Below are positions 21,501-30,109 of a stretch of 64,000 bases of DNA, in pieces. The notes below the pieces were generated by a model that did no database searches, had not been told where the DNA came from, and worked only from the letters and a program-made list of their open reading frames with translations. The position numbers were made by a program, and so were the translations under genes. The first letter of the stretch is position 1; each line of letters begins with the position of its first letter. Source of the DNA: Vampirovibrionaceae bacterium NZW_1234 (GTDB lineage: Bacteria > Cyanobacteriota > Vampirovibrionia > Vampirovibrionales > JAGQHJ01). The DNA lies in NCBI GenBank assembly GCA_041697335.1, contig JBGUGD010000030.1, forward strand, positions 64,001-128,000. Reading direction: 5' to 3'.

Positions 21501-22703
21501 TTTACCGAGATTGGACCTTACTTACTCAAGCAAGACCAACGTCCTGACCCGGTGACTCATCGGCCAGTTCCCTTGGAGGTTAAGCGCAATTATGTGGACG
21601 CCATGTTTGACGTGCTTCAGCCTGGAGATCTGGGACTCAATGCAGATCAGCACCAGCAATTGAAAAATGCCGTCGGAGCCTTGCTTACGGAACCCAGCGA
21701 AGTGAAAGCCTTCCGGGGTAAATTTTCTAATGCGTTTCATGCCTTGGTGAGCCATCCGGATGCCTTGGCCAATGCGCTTGGGAAAGATGAAGCTAAAATT
21801 CAAGCCGTGAAGCCGGTTTTAGAAGCGCTGGCCCCTGTGTTTGATTCGAAAGTGTGGGAGGTGACGCAACACTTTGCCAAGACCTCCGGCGCTTGGTTAG
21901 GCTATCAGCAATTGGATTATGCTGTGGGTTGGGTCTTGGATGCGATCAGAGAGTCCTTGGAAGAGACCTCGCCTTTAAAGGCCGCCTTGGCCGATCCCAA
22001 AGCCAAAGTGGCCACGACGCAAGCCATTTATACACAGATGGTGATGCCAGGCTTGGAACAGTATAAGCGCATTGTGGCCTTACAGATGGTCACTCCTGGG
22101 GATCCGACCCTGTATCTGCCCGATTTGTTGGGGCAAGCCGGGGGTGAGGACCTGAAGAACATGTATTTGGGCAATCGGGAATTGATCCGCCGGGATTGGT
22201 TGAACCCACAAAGTCCTTATCACAACCCTGTCATTCATCGCTTCTTTAACGAATTGGCCGATCTGGTGCGCTTGCGTCATGAAAATCATGTGCTCAACAA
22301 CGGTTTTGTGGAGCTGCCCTTGGATCCGGCTCGTCCCGAGGATCAGGCAAAATTGAACCAGGCCCCCATTGTTCCGCTGGTTCGGGACAATGGCACGGAT
22401 CAGGCTCTGTGTCTTGTCAATCTCGGGGCACCTGAGAGCCCTTGGAACAGTTGGGTGGCCATGCGAGAACAGCGTGAACCCAATTCCCCTTATTCGGAAT
22501 TACACTCCACCCAACCGAAGGTATCCAATTACAGCCTGGATCTGACTCACTTGGGCGTCCCGGAGGGGGCCCTTTTCGAAAGTGTGGATCCCGAGGGGCG
22601 TGGCACAAAATACGTGGTGCGTAACCGTCGGCTGGTTGATGCCGATCAGCCTGACAAGGGCATTGATGTGGCCATTGCCCGGGTTTTAAAGCGAGTGTCT
22701 TAA
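18546..22703 (+). CDS. Very large GH13 (alpha-amylase family)-like glycoside hydrolase
   Basis: GH13-like motifs in order: SAHGYW, FDGAFVN, WRIDAMKD, KAEITD, TSNHDK, PGDPTLY, separated by large insertions; start uncertain (TTG 18546 after GGGGA). Confidence 0.72.
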   Translation: MKGIPFTIRGVTPSVTTPPLTPKPQRFAGYRVDGEGARFFKPMPGPDEAPESRVHLEYRQGKSNATQSVPMQWNPKVKQWETPENKRISLNEAIYYRFVRQKPGQPDEAVLDHTEAQNGFNVIPAQSPDPSSVGPALLVFRRSLVTPEQLQAHNQHRDVEGDHVVSKQTHFNRLGGSDASNGFLRQLFHQYGIKMVEDRPLIGGDNLSAHGYWTNSLYQLNSIIRHPSSFDTLALANLEDGARMCFDGAFVNEGMNGVHYLANLYYGQDSPFLNWFDYGKLDQFPHQPLKLGILPVKRDPKTGEEVVNHAAWNLRLIPPKNRDNPESPYFIELYDPRLENPDGTLRPASETKHLFLTNSQDSIQKYRFPIKQSRPQDIELLQEATEIKNPNERAKTLMRLLSEHNRFELTTRMEDNSGYCWDGQIDVKKVNIENPEVTQYVADACRYWTDKVDRLYTSHVGRAFSRMAGTDSKPNWLQIISDNTKKALGEEQGVLPALNRGETLSVSEASIQQALKAYRVKKQKQTRSAGAFMADKIHTQLPLGTLPASPWMQILLNTPRLKQLLNEGETPLWLEVATTLLKPAFKLLDWMLPSRKLGQRALTWLHNKFASQRSFKNQLAAKLDKSLTPALKQKLADPVLGHLVFEALGRSIFLSLLTGQFSSPTAPDKDLAPTKIAARMAQTLPPELAKAVPNQAARLLSRFLVRELQELELTQLNAPLTQLLKEITPEGAVVARHVLHERRLGLHWRIDAMKDLGDMDGVRAEPSTQLRYERLRDKELPKVVNIMSQVAQGIREAFPNSIIKAEITDLEALAGDKATELFKYLMGTRVINGIPNYNWMYSSGHKAVRMTANPDGDYPEQLTPADFLQHKLKAMLEVLPMDQALLFQNMTSNHDKSTSVFGLTVHPYEARLNYLGWIGMNFQDNGQDRGHFPLAVNELQSMRALQCLRQSLPDGVYDRLKSLAREKQEAILATAAQKAKAREDDFTEIGPYLLKQDQRPDPVTHRPVPLEVKRNYVDAMFDVLQPGDLGLNADQHQQLKNAVGALLTEPSEVKAFRGKFSNAFHALVSHPDALANALGKDEAKIQAVKPVLEALAPVFDSKVWEVTQHFAKTSGAWLGYQQLDYAVGWVLDAIRESLEETSPLKAALADPKAKVATTQAIYTQMVMPGLEQYKRIVALQMVTPGDPTLYLPDLLGQAGGEDLKNMYLGNRELIRRDWLNPQSPYHNPVIHRFFNELADLVRLRHENHVLNNGFVELPLDPARPEDQAKLNQAPIVPLVRDNGTDQALCLVNLGAPESPWNSWVAMREQREPNSPYSELHSTQPKVSNYSLDLTHLGVPEGALFESVDPEGRGTKYVVRNRRLVDADQPDKGIDVAIARVLKRVS

Positions 22704-22706
22704 GCC

Positions 22707-23003
22707 TTAGCGTTTGTCCAAGTAATACAACAAGCCGGCATAGTCGGTCGGCTGAAGTTGGACATTGGGATCCAGGGAGCCGTAGTGGGGTACGGTGTAA
22801 TAGCCAGGTTGCAGCTTGTCCTCCAGAGAGCCTTGGCGGTCTTTACCGGTGTAACTGACGGGCACCATATTCAAATCGGTTGTGGCATCCTGAGAGCGGC
22901 TTTGCAAGGATTTTGAAATTTTGCTTACAGCAGTGGCATGGGCCCATTGCGGAACGAGCAGTGCTGAGACCAATAACAGCCCGATGAGTGAATGACGCGA
23001 CAT
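22707..23003 (-). CDS. Small exported hypothetical protein
   Basis: AAGGAG SD, ATG 23003, Sec-type signal peptide MSRHSLIGLLLVSALLVPQWAHA. Confidence 0.75.
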   Translation of the reverse strand: MSRHSLIGLLLVSALLVPQWAHATAVSKISKSLQSRSQDATTDLNMVPVSYTGKDRQGSLEDKLQPGYYTVPHYGSLDPNVQLQPTDYAGLLYYLDKR

Positions 23004-23121
23004 CAGAGTGACTCCTTTTCTGGTGAACCTGTCTCTGTGACTTGTGAGAAACACTGTATCCAACGGTGGCATGGCAGTTGTTTCATCCACGCGGACCGCA
23101 ATTCCTGTATTGATGACGAAG

Positions 23122-23148
23122 ATATCGACCATTTCAATCAAATCTGTA
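23122..23148 (-). promoter_or_regulatory. Putative sigma-28 (FliA/SigD)-type promoter
   Basis: TACAGATT-N11-GTCGATAT versus consensus TAAAGTTT-N11-GCCGATAA. Confidence 0.5.
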
Positions 23149-23290
23149 GCCCAGATCTTTCTTGATTTGCCTTTCACGTTAGAAGCGGTTTTCACCGGAT
23201 TTTCGCGGAAGGGGTGGGGATTATTGATTTGAATTTCTAAAACGGATACTTCACACCATTGAGACGCCGGGCAAGAACCGAGACGGTGTT

Positions 23291-23743
23291 TTATACGGTT
23301 TTACCGATACCATATTTTGCATCACGCTGCGGCGTATCGGCGATGGTACGAACAGCATCATTTGTAGGCGTTGGTGACGTTGCTTGAATCTTTTTTAGCA
23401 CACTGTCGGCACAGCGGGTGCAAACAAGTCGCTCATGGGGTCTTAATTCTGTATTGCAGGTTTTACAGCTGGGTTTTTGTTCTTCTTGCTCGCCATGGAG
23501 GGCATCACCAAAGCGACCTTCTTTGACCAAGAGCACAAAAAATAGTTCTGGAACTTCGGCTCCTGCTGCAATTTTCTCTTTGTCCGTGAGCTTGTATACC
23601 CCAGGATGCTCCCGTAAGAAGTCCAGGATTTTGAGATGGGCCATGTTACATTGCTTGATGCATTGACGGCATAAGGCAGCCTGCAGGCCAGTGTAAGCCG
23701 CATTATGGGTGTTCTTGCAATGTTCGCACTCTTGGATTGGCAT
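23291..23743 (-). CDS. YvyF-like flagellar operon zinc-finger protein
   Basis: CxxC...CxxC...FLREHP...KEGR...CxxC...CxxC pattern resembles the YvyF family; GAGGAG SD before ATG 23743. Confidence 0.65.
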   Translation of the reverse strand: MPIQECEHCKNTHNAAYTGLQAALCRQCIKQCNMAHLKILDFLREHPGVYKLTDKEKIAAGAEVPELFFVLLVKEGRFGDALHGEQEEQKPSCKTCNTELRPHERLVCTRCADSVLKKIQATSPTPTNDAVRTIADTPQRDAKYGIGKTV

Positions 23744-23789
23744 GTGTGGGGCTTCTCCTCGGACAGAACAGATCGCGGTGGTGAGGTGG

Positions 23790-23816
23790 ATATCGACCAA
23801 TTGGAGGAAAACCTAA
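23790..23816 (-). promoter_or_regulatory. Putative sigma-28 (FliA/SigD)-type promoter
   Basis: TTAGGTTT-N11-GTCGATAT, 46 nt upstream of the YvyF-like start. Confidence 0.55.
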
Positions 23817-23894
23817 GTGATAGACCTGTTTTGTTACATTTTTGCAACAATTGCCAGAACAGCGTTACTGCGACGAGGAGCAAAGACAGTGTTG

Positions 23895-23938
23895 TTAGTG
23901 GCCTTAGGCCACTAAATCATTGCACTTAGTGACAATGA
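23895..23938 (-). terminator. Two hairpins downstream of tRNA-Asp (possible terminator or processing signal)
   Basis: TTAGTGGCC-TTA-GGCCACTAA and TCATTGCACT-T-AGTGACAATGA; no clear U-tract. Confidence 0.35.
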
Positions 23939-23967
23939 GCCATCTTATTGATTTGAAGACTTAAAAA

Positions 23968-24044
23968 TGGCGGGGCGGACGGGGCTCGAACCCGCGACTT
24001 CCTGCGTGACAGGCAGGTACTCTAACCAACTGAGCTACCGCCCC
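23968..24044 (-). tRNA. tRNA-Asp (GTC)
   Basis: GGGGCGG acceptor stem, CCTGC-CTGTCAC-GCAGG anticodon arm, GTTCGAG T-loop, encoded CCA. Confidence 0.97.
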
Positions 24045-24164
24045 AAAGCCATGTACCTCCTTATAGCATAAGAGATTTGTACGAGACAAGAAAAAAAATT
24101 TTGAGGCCAAGTGGAAGAACCTCATTTCTTTGGTATAAAGTGCCTGGTCCTGTCGCTTCGATGA

Positions 24165-24518
24165 CTAGCGATCGCTGAGGAAACCCAGGACCCCGTATGC
24201 CGCTCTTCGGCGAAGGTCGGGAGAGGCTTTTTCCAAGAGGAATAGTATTTCCCGGATCAGCGGATCCTGATCAAACCATGGGGAATTGGGGTTTGTGTTC
24301 AAATCTTGCTGTGGCGCAAAAAACCAGTCCAAGGGCTTGTTGTACAACTTGCTTAAGTAAAACAATTCCAAGGCATCTACTTTGCGCTGGCCGCTTTCGA
24401 TGCCAGAAATTGCCGACGGGGTGACCCGTAGGTAACGGGCGGCTTGCTCTTGCTTGAGCTGAGCTTCCTGTCGCGCTTGCTTTAGCCGAGCGCCTAACGA
24501 TGTACGCGTGTCTTCCAT
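24165..24518 (-). CDS. XRE-family helix-turn-helix transcriptional regulator
   Basis: LGARLKQAR...QEQAA...SAISGIESGQRK...L..L..LY; start moved to ATG 24518. Confidence 0.88.
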   Translation of the reverse strand: MEDTRTSLGARLKQARQEAQLKQEQAARYLRVTPSAISGIESGQRKVDALELFYLSKLYNKPLDWFFAPQQDLNTNPNSPWFDQDPLIREILFLLEKASPDLRRRAAYGVLGFLSDR

Positions 24519-24605
24519 GACGATGATGTCGGTGATTCTGGAGTAAACTTTAAGAGGGGGTTGTTTGACACTCTGACCAACGGGTCGTTTTTTCGAGGAC
24601 AGGTT

Positions 24606-25205
24606 ATGCAAGGTTTTGGGTCCATCGAAGTGGCAGGAAAAACCAAAAAACAGCTTCGCCAAGAGGCTAAGGCACGTCGGGGCCTGTTGGATATGGTTTC
24701 GCTGAGTGATGCACTGGCTGCTCAAGTCGCCAAGTGGCCGGTCTTTCAGGAAGCCCAGGAGGTCTTGCTGTACGCGGCCTTAGCCCAGGAAGTGAACTTG
24801 CTGTCTCTGACAGACGCCTTCCCCGAGAAAGCATGGTATCTGCCCCGAGTGGATAGGTCAGTGATTCAGATGACCTTCCATCGGTATCAGCCGGGTGATG
24901 TGCTTGTTAAAAACCGCTTTGGCATTGAGGAGCCACAACCGCATTCGGAGCAATGGCAGCCATTATATGGGCGAACAATACCAGCCTTGATGTTTGTTCC
25001 TGCCTTGCTCCTTGATTCTCGGGGAATACGCCTGGGCTTTGGCCAAGGCTATTACGATCGCTATTTGGCACAACACCCAGAAAAGCTCATAACGGCGTGT
25101 GTATTGCCGTGCTCATTTTTGGTTGAAGCGTTGCCCAAAGACCCGTGGGATGTTTCGGTCGGCTATGCTATTACGGAAGCGGGGCCAATGGCTCTTATGG
25201 ATTAA
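24606..25205 (+). CDS. 5-formyltetrahydrofolate cyclo-ligase
   Basis: KKQLR, YLPR, NRFGIEEP, VPAL..D..G.RLGFGQGYYDR, DPWDV. Confidence 0.92.
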   Translation: MQGFGSIEVAGKTKKQLRQEAKARRGLLDMVSLSDALAAQVAKWPVFQEAQEVLLYAALAQEVNLLSLTDAFPEKAWYLPRVDRSVIQMTFHRYQPGDVLVKNRFGIEEPQPHSEQWQPLYGRTIPALMFVPALLLDSRGIRLGFGQGYYDRYLAQHPEKLITACVLPCSFLVEALPKDPWDVSVGYAITEAGPMALMD

Positions 25206-25412
25206 TGGGTTTTGACATCTTGCTTTGCTCTTTAATGGCTCTATAGAAAAGCCTGTTTTGTGCCTTTTGGAAAAAACAATCTTGTAAAGCCTTATGCTGA
25301 GCTGATTATAACGTTAAGAAACGTTTCAGTTTTGGTTCAAGGCGCAATTTTTCGGGAAAAATAGTTTTAAAATCTATATACTTATAGTGCGTGAAATAGA
25401 AGGAGTCGACGA

Positions 25413-25868
25413 GTGTCCAATACGAGTATTGAAACACCCAATACCGATCTGACGCTGACCCTGGAGAACAGCCCCAAAACTTTACCGGGCTTTGTACACG
25501 CGGGCGATCGCTTTGAACACCAAGGGCAATTTGCCAAAACGCTGGCTTCGGCGTTTATCAAGTTTACTGCAGAAGGTCAATACCATTCGTCGCAAGATTC
25601 GGTCGACAGCTTTATTGCCTTGGCCGATTTGCACCGGGAACTGACCGATGAAATCCGGGCGTTTATGCACGATGAGGTTCCCTTTGTGTATGAAGATCAA
25701 CAAATCCAGCCTCTTTTGCTGAATTTTGCCGTCTATCGATTGACCCAAATCAGTCGGCGCTACTATTTTGCCACCTTGCAAAATCAACCCCAAGCGATAT
25801 TAGAAGATTTAAAAACCGTGATTCGGGCCCGACAACAGGAATACGATTTGTTGTTGCATCACGCTTGA
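25413..25868 (+). CDS. Hypothetical protein
   Basis: AAGGAG SD, GTG start, 151 aa, followed by a terminator. Confidence 0.7.
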   Translation: MSNTSIETPNTDLTLTLENSPKTLPGFVHAGDRFEHQGQFAKTLASAFIKFTAEGQYHSSQDSVDSFIALADLHRELTDEIRAFMHDEVPFVYEDQQIQPLLLNFAVYRLTQISRRYYFATLQNQPQAILEDLKTVIRARQQEYDLLLHHA

Positions 25869-25888
25869 GCCTAACAGGCAACCAATTT

Positions 25889-25924
25889 AAAGCCCTCAAG
25901 CCAAAGACGGCTTGAGGGCTTTTT
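25889..25924. terminator. Likely bidirectional intrinsic terminator
   Basis: AAAGCCCTCAAGCC-AAAGAC-GGCTTGAGGGCTTTTT between convergent genes. Confidence 0.8.
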
Positions 25925-25937
25925 GCTTCAGGCAAGT

Positions 25938-26798
25938 TTAAAGTGCCAATTGTTGCTGAGCTAAAGGCGATAAGAAATCGTCCGAGCCCAGATCTTTAAT
26001 CAAATTCACTCGCCTGACGTGAACGCAATTGCCGGTTTTGACCTCAATGGTGAATCGACTGGCATTCACCTGTACGACCGATCCCTCGGCAACATCCATA
26101 CGGGTAGGGTATAAGGTTTTGAGGCGTTCGATAGAAGGCTCTATGGCCATGCCAATCACACTGTCATAGGTGCCGCAAAAACCGGAATCGGTAATATATC
26201 CGGTTTTCCGATTTAAAATCCGCTCGTCGGCGGTTTGCACATGGGTGTGTGTCCCGGTAAAGGCGCTAATGCCAAGAGCGCTGGCATAGCGGGCAAAGGC
26301 AATTTTTTCGGCCGTGGCTTCGGCATGAAAATCCACAAAGAGAATGGGGGTTTCGTACAACATCTGCGAGACCAAGGCTTCAATCTTATCCCACGGGGAG
26401 TTGTAGTTGTTCATGAAGACCTGGCCAATCAGGTTGATGACCCCGACTTTGAACCCCGGAAAATCAAACACCCGAGCGCCACAACCCAGGCTGTTATCGG
26501 GGAAGTTGGCCGGTCTCAGCAATTGATCGGCGGCATAAATGTAATCAAAAATTTCCTTGCGATCCCAGATATGGTTGCCGCTGGTGAGAATATGGACCCC
26601 ATTCTGCAGGAGTTCATGGTAGTTCTTTTCACTCAGGCCAAACCCGTGGGAGGCGTTTTCGGCATTGGCAATGACCACATCCGGTTTTTGTGAGGCATCC
26701 AAGGTCTGCAGGTACCATTGGACCGCCCGCCGGCCTGGCCGACCCACCAGATCACCGAAGAATAAAATATCGATCGTTTCCGGACAACCTTCACCCAT
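25938..26798 (-). CDS. ymdB: YmdB-family metallophosphoesterase
   Basis: GDLVGRPGR, NAEN, TSGNHIWD, DFHAEATAEK, GTHTHVQTADE. Confidence 0.93.
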   Translation of the reverse strand: MGEGCPETIDILFFGDLVGRPGRRAVQWYLQTLDASQKPDVVIANAENASHGFGLSEKNYHELLQNGVHILTSGNHIWDRKEIFDYIYAADQLLRPANFPDNSLGCGARVFDFPGFKVGVINLIGQVFMNNYNSPWDKIEALVSQMLYETPILFVDFHAEATAEKIAFARYASALGISAFTGTHTHVQTADERILNRKTGYITDSGFCGTYDSVIGMAIEPSIERLKTLYPTRMDVAEGSVVQVNASRFTIEVKTGNCVHVRRVNLIKDLGSDDFLSPLAQQQLAL

Positions 26799-27114
26799 GG
26801 TATGTGACGTCCTTTCTAAGAGCTGTCGTGCTCGGACAAGGGCTTGTGAGGGACTCGCGATGACTGACTTATCGCATTGTTATTGTACCCTACGCCTATT
26901 TGCTACTGCAAGCAGCGAGGGCAATGCTCAAGGGTAGTGGCCAGTATAAGGCGTGGCTAAGGGGTTTGGCAGGTACCCCTTGCATAGACCATGGTGAGCG
27001 CGATGAGCAACTGCGTGAAGTGTATCCATCAGGCCAATGCATTTCTGAATATCGGATCTTTAAGATGAAGTGTTACTAGTCTAATGCGTGGGCTGAATCA
27101 GGAGGTACGTTCAC

Positions 27115-27321
27115 ATGGCTGCACAGGGCAGAGGTCGCGGGAAGACACCCCAGAAATCTAAGGCAATGACCGTCCAAGAGGCGGGGCGAAAAGGGGGCAA
27201 TGTGGTGAAAGAAAAGTATGGGCCTGAATTTTATTCGGAAATCGGTAAAAAAGGCGGCGAAAAAGTTCAGGCTGAAGCAAAACGCTATCGCGAGTTGAAA
27301 AAATCGGGACAGTTGGATTAA
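27115..27321 (+). CDS. KGG-repeat stress protein (GsiB/Con-10-like)
   Basis: MTVQEAGRKGG...KEKYGPEFYSEIGKKGG; AGGAGG SD. Confidence 0.85.
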   Translation: MAAQGRGRGKTPQKSKAMTVQEAGRKGGNVVKEKYGPEFYSEIGKKGGEKVQAEAKRYRELKKSGQLD

Positions 27322-27352
27322 GGCACGCATTATCATAAAAGGAGAATTCCTC

Positions 27353-27580
27353 ATGGCGGAAAGAAAACATCGGAAGTCCACCAAAACAGCGGAGAAAGGC
27401 AAAAAAGAAGCCATGACCGTTCAAGAAGCCGGACGTAAAGGCGGCAATGCTGTTAAAGAGAAGTATGGCCCTGAGTTTTATTCCAAAATCGGACAAAAAG
27501 GTGGTGAAATTCGTGGGCGTGAGATTTCTGAAGCGGCTAAGTATTTTCGTGAGCATCCCAATGTGTCCAGCAATGCCTGA
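27353..27580 (+). CDS. KGG-repeat stress protein (tandem paralog)
   Basis: MTVQEAGRKGG...KEKYGPEFYSKIGQKGG; AAGGAG SD. Confidence 0.85.
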   Translation: MAERKHRKSTKTAEKGKKEAMTVQEAGRKGGNAVKEKYGPEFYSKIGQKGGEIRGREISEAAKYFREHPNVSSNA

Positions 27581-27782
27581 TTGGCCGACCTTGTCCATGA
27601 CACCACTGGAACGCTTGTTGCCGTTTCCTGGAGTTGGGGGCTGCAATGGACTGTAAACCCCCCAGTGGAGCAGTGTTTGTTCGGGAAACGCGACAGTAAA
27701 CTGAATCAGCATCTCCAGATTGGACTTGGCAGATGCTTTTGATGGACCCCAATGCCCTGTCTTGGGAAGGAGAATTTGTTGC

Positions 27783-28082
27783 ATGGCAACGCAGAAAAAT
27801 GAAGATTATGTTGGTGAAGAGCACGATTCGCGGGGTGGTTCCCTTATTGTGACCCAGGAGGAATGGTTGCATCTGGACTCGCTTTGGGAGCCTGAAACGG
27901 TGGACTTGATCCAGGAAAAGCTTCAAGGCCGAGCCACGTTGACTTTGGATCATCACCATCATGGCAGCTTTCAAGAGTCTGACGGAGCTGGTGCCCACGA
28001 TTTTTACCTGGCTTTTGAACCTCAGCGGGTTGTCTTTCATATGAATCGCCATGCGTTTCACCGGATTGAGGCGGTGAAGTAG
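27783..28082 (+). CDS. Hypothetical acidic/His-rich protein
   Basis: AAGGAG SD, ATG 27783, 99 aa containing HHHHG. Confidence 0.6.
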   Translation: MATQKNEDYVGEEHDSRGGSLIVTQEEWLHLDSLWEPETVDLIQEKLQGRATLTLDHHHHGSFQESDGAGAHDFYLAFEPQRVVFHMNRHAFHRIEAVK

Positions 28083-28158
28083 CGATGTGGCAGGGCATTA
28101 TTTTATGAATTAGCGATATTTTTTGGGTAGGTATCAAACAAGGAGGGGGACCGAGGTT

Positions 28159-28362
28159 ATGGCATGCATATTTACGCCTTATGCCGGGGTATTGTCTAAG
28201 CAAAAATCTTTGGCGTGGATTCTAACCTTGGACGACGAGGGGGAGTCCGAAAATGCCTCGCGAGCGATTGAACGCTTGTCCCATCTGGGTTTGTCTCCCT
28301 ATTGGGATAAGAATGGGTTGGATCTGGATGAATGGCAAACCGATCCGGAAGTGGACGATTGA
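28159..28362 (+). CDS. Small hypothetical acidic protein
   Basis: GAGG SD, ATG 28159, 67 aa, followed by a hairpin near 28403-28433. Confidence 0.5.
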   Translation: MACIFTPYAGVLSKQKSLAWILTLDDEGESENASRAIERLSHLGLSPYWDKNGLDLDEWQTDPEVDD

Positions 28363-28576
28363 TTTGCTTGTCGAGTGATTATTCAGAGCAATAGCCTTTA
28401 GAATGGCTCCGAGACTAAATTGTCAGGGGCCATTTGGTTTTTAGCCAGCGATTAAGCGAGTTGCAGCCTCGATCGATTTTTACGTGTCTTCATTCTTGAC
28501 CCGGCATTTCACTTCAAGTATAAGTAAGGGGCAGGTGTATTCACCGTCCATTATTTCACCCTGGCCACATTGATGT

Positions 28577-28652
28577 GGGCGCTTAGCTCAGTTGGTAGAG
28601 CGCCTCCCTTACAAGGAGGATGTCGGGAGTTCGAGCCTCTCAGCGCCCACCA
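28577..28652 (+). tRNA. tRNA-Val (TAC)
   Basis: GGGCGCT acceptor stem, CTTACAA anticodon loop, GTTCGAG T-loop, encoded CCA. Confidence 0.97.
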
Positions 28653-28852
28653 TTTTTCAGGCAATTCTTTGTCTATCGATTTCGAGTTCTAAGGGGATTG
28701 AGTGCATAATTGCTTAATTCATTGGCCTGAGAATACTCGCTTACTGCCGAAAGCTTTATGAAACCGGTGATTATCTCCTGTGAATAGAGGGTGTCGGCTA
28801 TTTGCGCTATCGATACAATACAAGATCGATGGGTCATTGTAATGAGTACTTC

Positions 28853-29923
28853 ATGTTATTTCCAGTTATTCTTTCTGGTGGAATAGGTAGCCGTTTGTGG
28901 CCCTTATCACAGCCTCAACTGCCCAAGCAATTTTTGCCCTTGAACGGACAGCATAGTATCCTGCAGGAAACGGTGTTACGTTTAAAGGATTTTCAGGATA
29001 TTGCACCTATCACCTATGTTTGCAATCAAACTCACCAGTTGCTCATTCAATCGCAATTAGAGCAGATTGACGCTCAGCCCCATATCATTATTATTGAGCC
29101 TGAAGCCAAAAATACGGCTCCGGCCATAGCCAGCGCCGCATTTTATCTTGAGCATGTTCCTGATGATCCGTTAATGATGGTATTGCCTTCGGATCACATC
29201 ATTCAGGATAAAGACGCTTTTTACCGCTACATTCAGCAAGGAGCAGACCTGGCTCGGGAAGGTTATCTTGTTTCCCTTGGCATCACTCCGGATCGGCCCC
29301 ATACGGGCTATGGGTATATTCGGCCTGGCCAAGAAATTGCCGGGTTTGAAGACGCATTCATGGTGGATCGATTTGTTGAAAAACCTGACTTGGCCACCGC
29401 AACCTCTTATGTGCAAGAGGGCAGATATCTTTGGAACAGCGGTATTTTGATCTTTCGGCCGAGTGTATTTTTGGAGGAACTCAAGCACTTTGCACCAGGG
29501 ATCTTTACGGCGTGCCAGCAAGCGGTTCAGCATTCAAAGCAACGGCCTTACCAGCATATTCTGGATCCAGCTGCCTTTTCTGCCTGTCCTTCAGGTCCCG
29601 TGGATGTTGAGATTATGGAGAAAACAAAGCGCGCTGCTGTTATCCAGGTGAACATGGGCTGGTGTGATGTGGGATCCTGGAGTTCGTTGTGGGAAATCAG
29701 TCCCAAGGATCAACAAGGCAATGTGGCTAACCGTAAAGTCTTTTTTAAGAATGCTGAAAATTGTTATGTTAACGCTGAAAAGGAATTGGTGGTTGTGATG
29801 GGAGTGAATGACCTGATTATCATTGATACTGGAAACGCGCTTCTCATTGCGCATAAGGAAAACGAAGCCGATATTCGTGAAATGTCCAAGGTTGTCCAAA
29901 AGACCTCGATCTCACAGGAATAA
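28853..29923 (+). CDS. manC: Mannose-1-phosphate guanylyltransferase (no C-terminal isomerase domain)
   Basis: VILSGG.GSRLWPLS....PKQF, NTAPA, PSDH, GYGYI, FVEKP, WNSG, WCDVGSW. Confidence 0.93.
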   Translation: MLFPVILSGGIGSRLWPLSQPQLPKQFLPLNGQHSILQETVLRLKDFQDIAPITYVCNQTHQLLIQSQLEQIDAQPHIIIIEPEAKNTAPAIASAAFYLEHVPDDPLMMVLPSDHIIQDKDAFYRYIQQGADLAREGYLVSLGITPDRPHTGYGYIRPGQEIAGFEDAFMVDRFVEKPDLATATSYVQEGRYLWNSGILIFRPSVFLEELKHFAPGIFTACQQAVQHSKQRPYQHILDPAAFSACPSGPVDVEIMEKTKRAAVIQVNMGWCDVGSWSSLWEISPKDQQGNVANRKVFFKNAENCYVNAEKELVVVMGVNDLIIIDTGNALLIAHKENEADIREMSKVVQKTSISQE

Positions 29924-30109
29924 CCCGCGAACTTTTTTGGATCTGTGCTTCTCACTTTGTCTGATTACAGTGCTTTGTATCGAAATACTTCTCTATGTCG
30001 CGGGTAAATAACAGTCACTTTACTTACAGGAAAAATCCATTGTCCATATGAGGTTGTCGAGTTTAAAAATTAGGACAATACGGGTACATCAGCATAGCTA
30101 TGAATTGCA

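Noticed and set aside
23150..23215. GGCAAA-containing stretch on the minus strand as a c-di-GMP-I riboswitch
   Set aside because: The downstream GACGCAAAG element and paired stems are absent.
24519..24605. 6S RNA, often found upstream of 5-formyl-THF cyclo-ligase
   Set aside because: The gap is under 90 bp and holds divergent promoters; no room.
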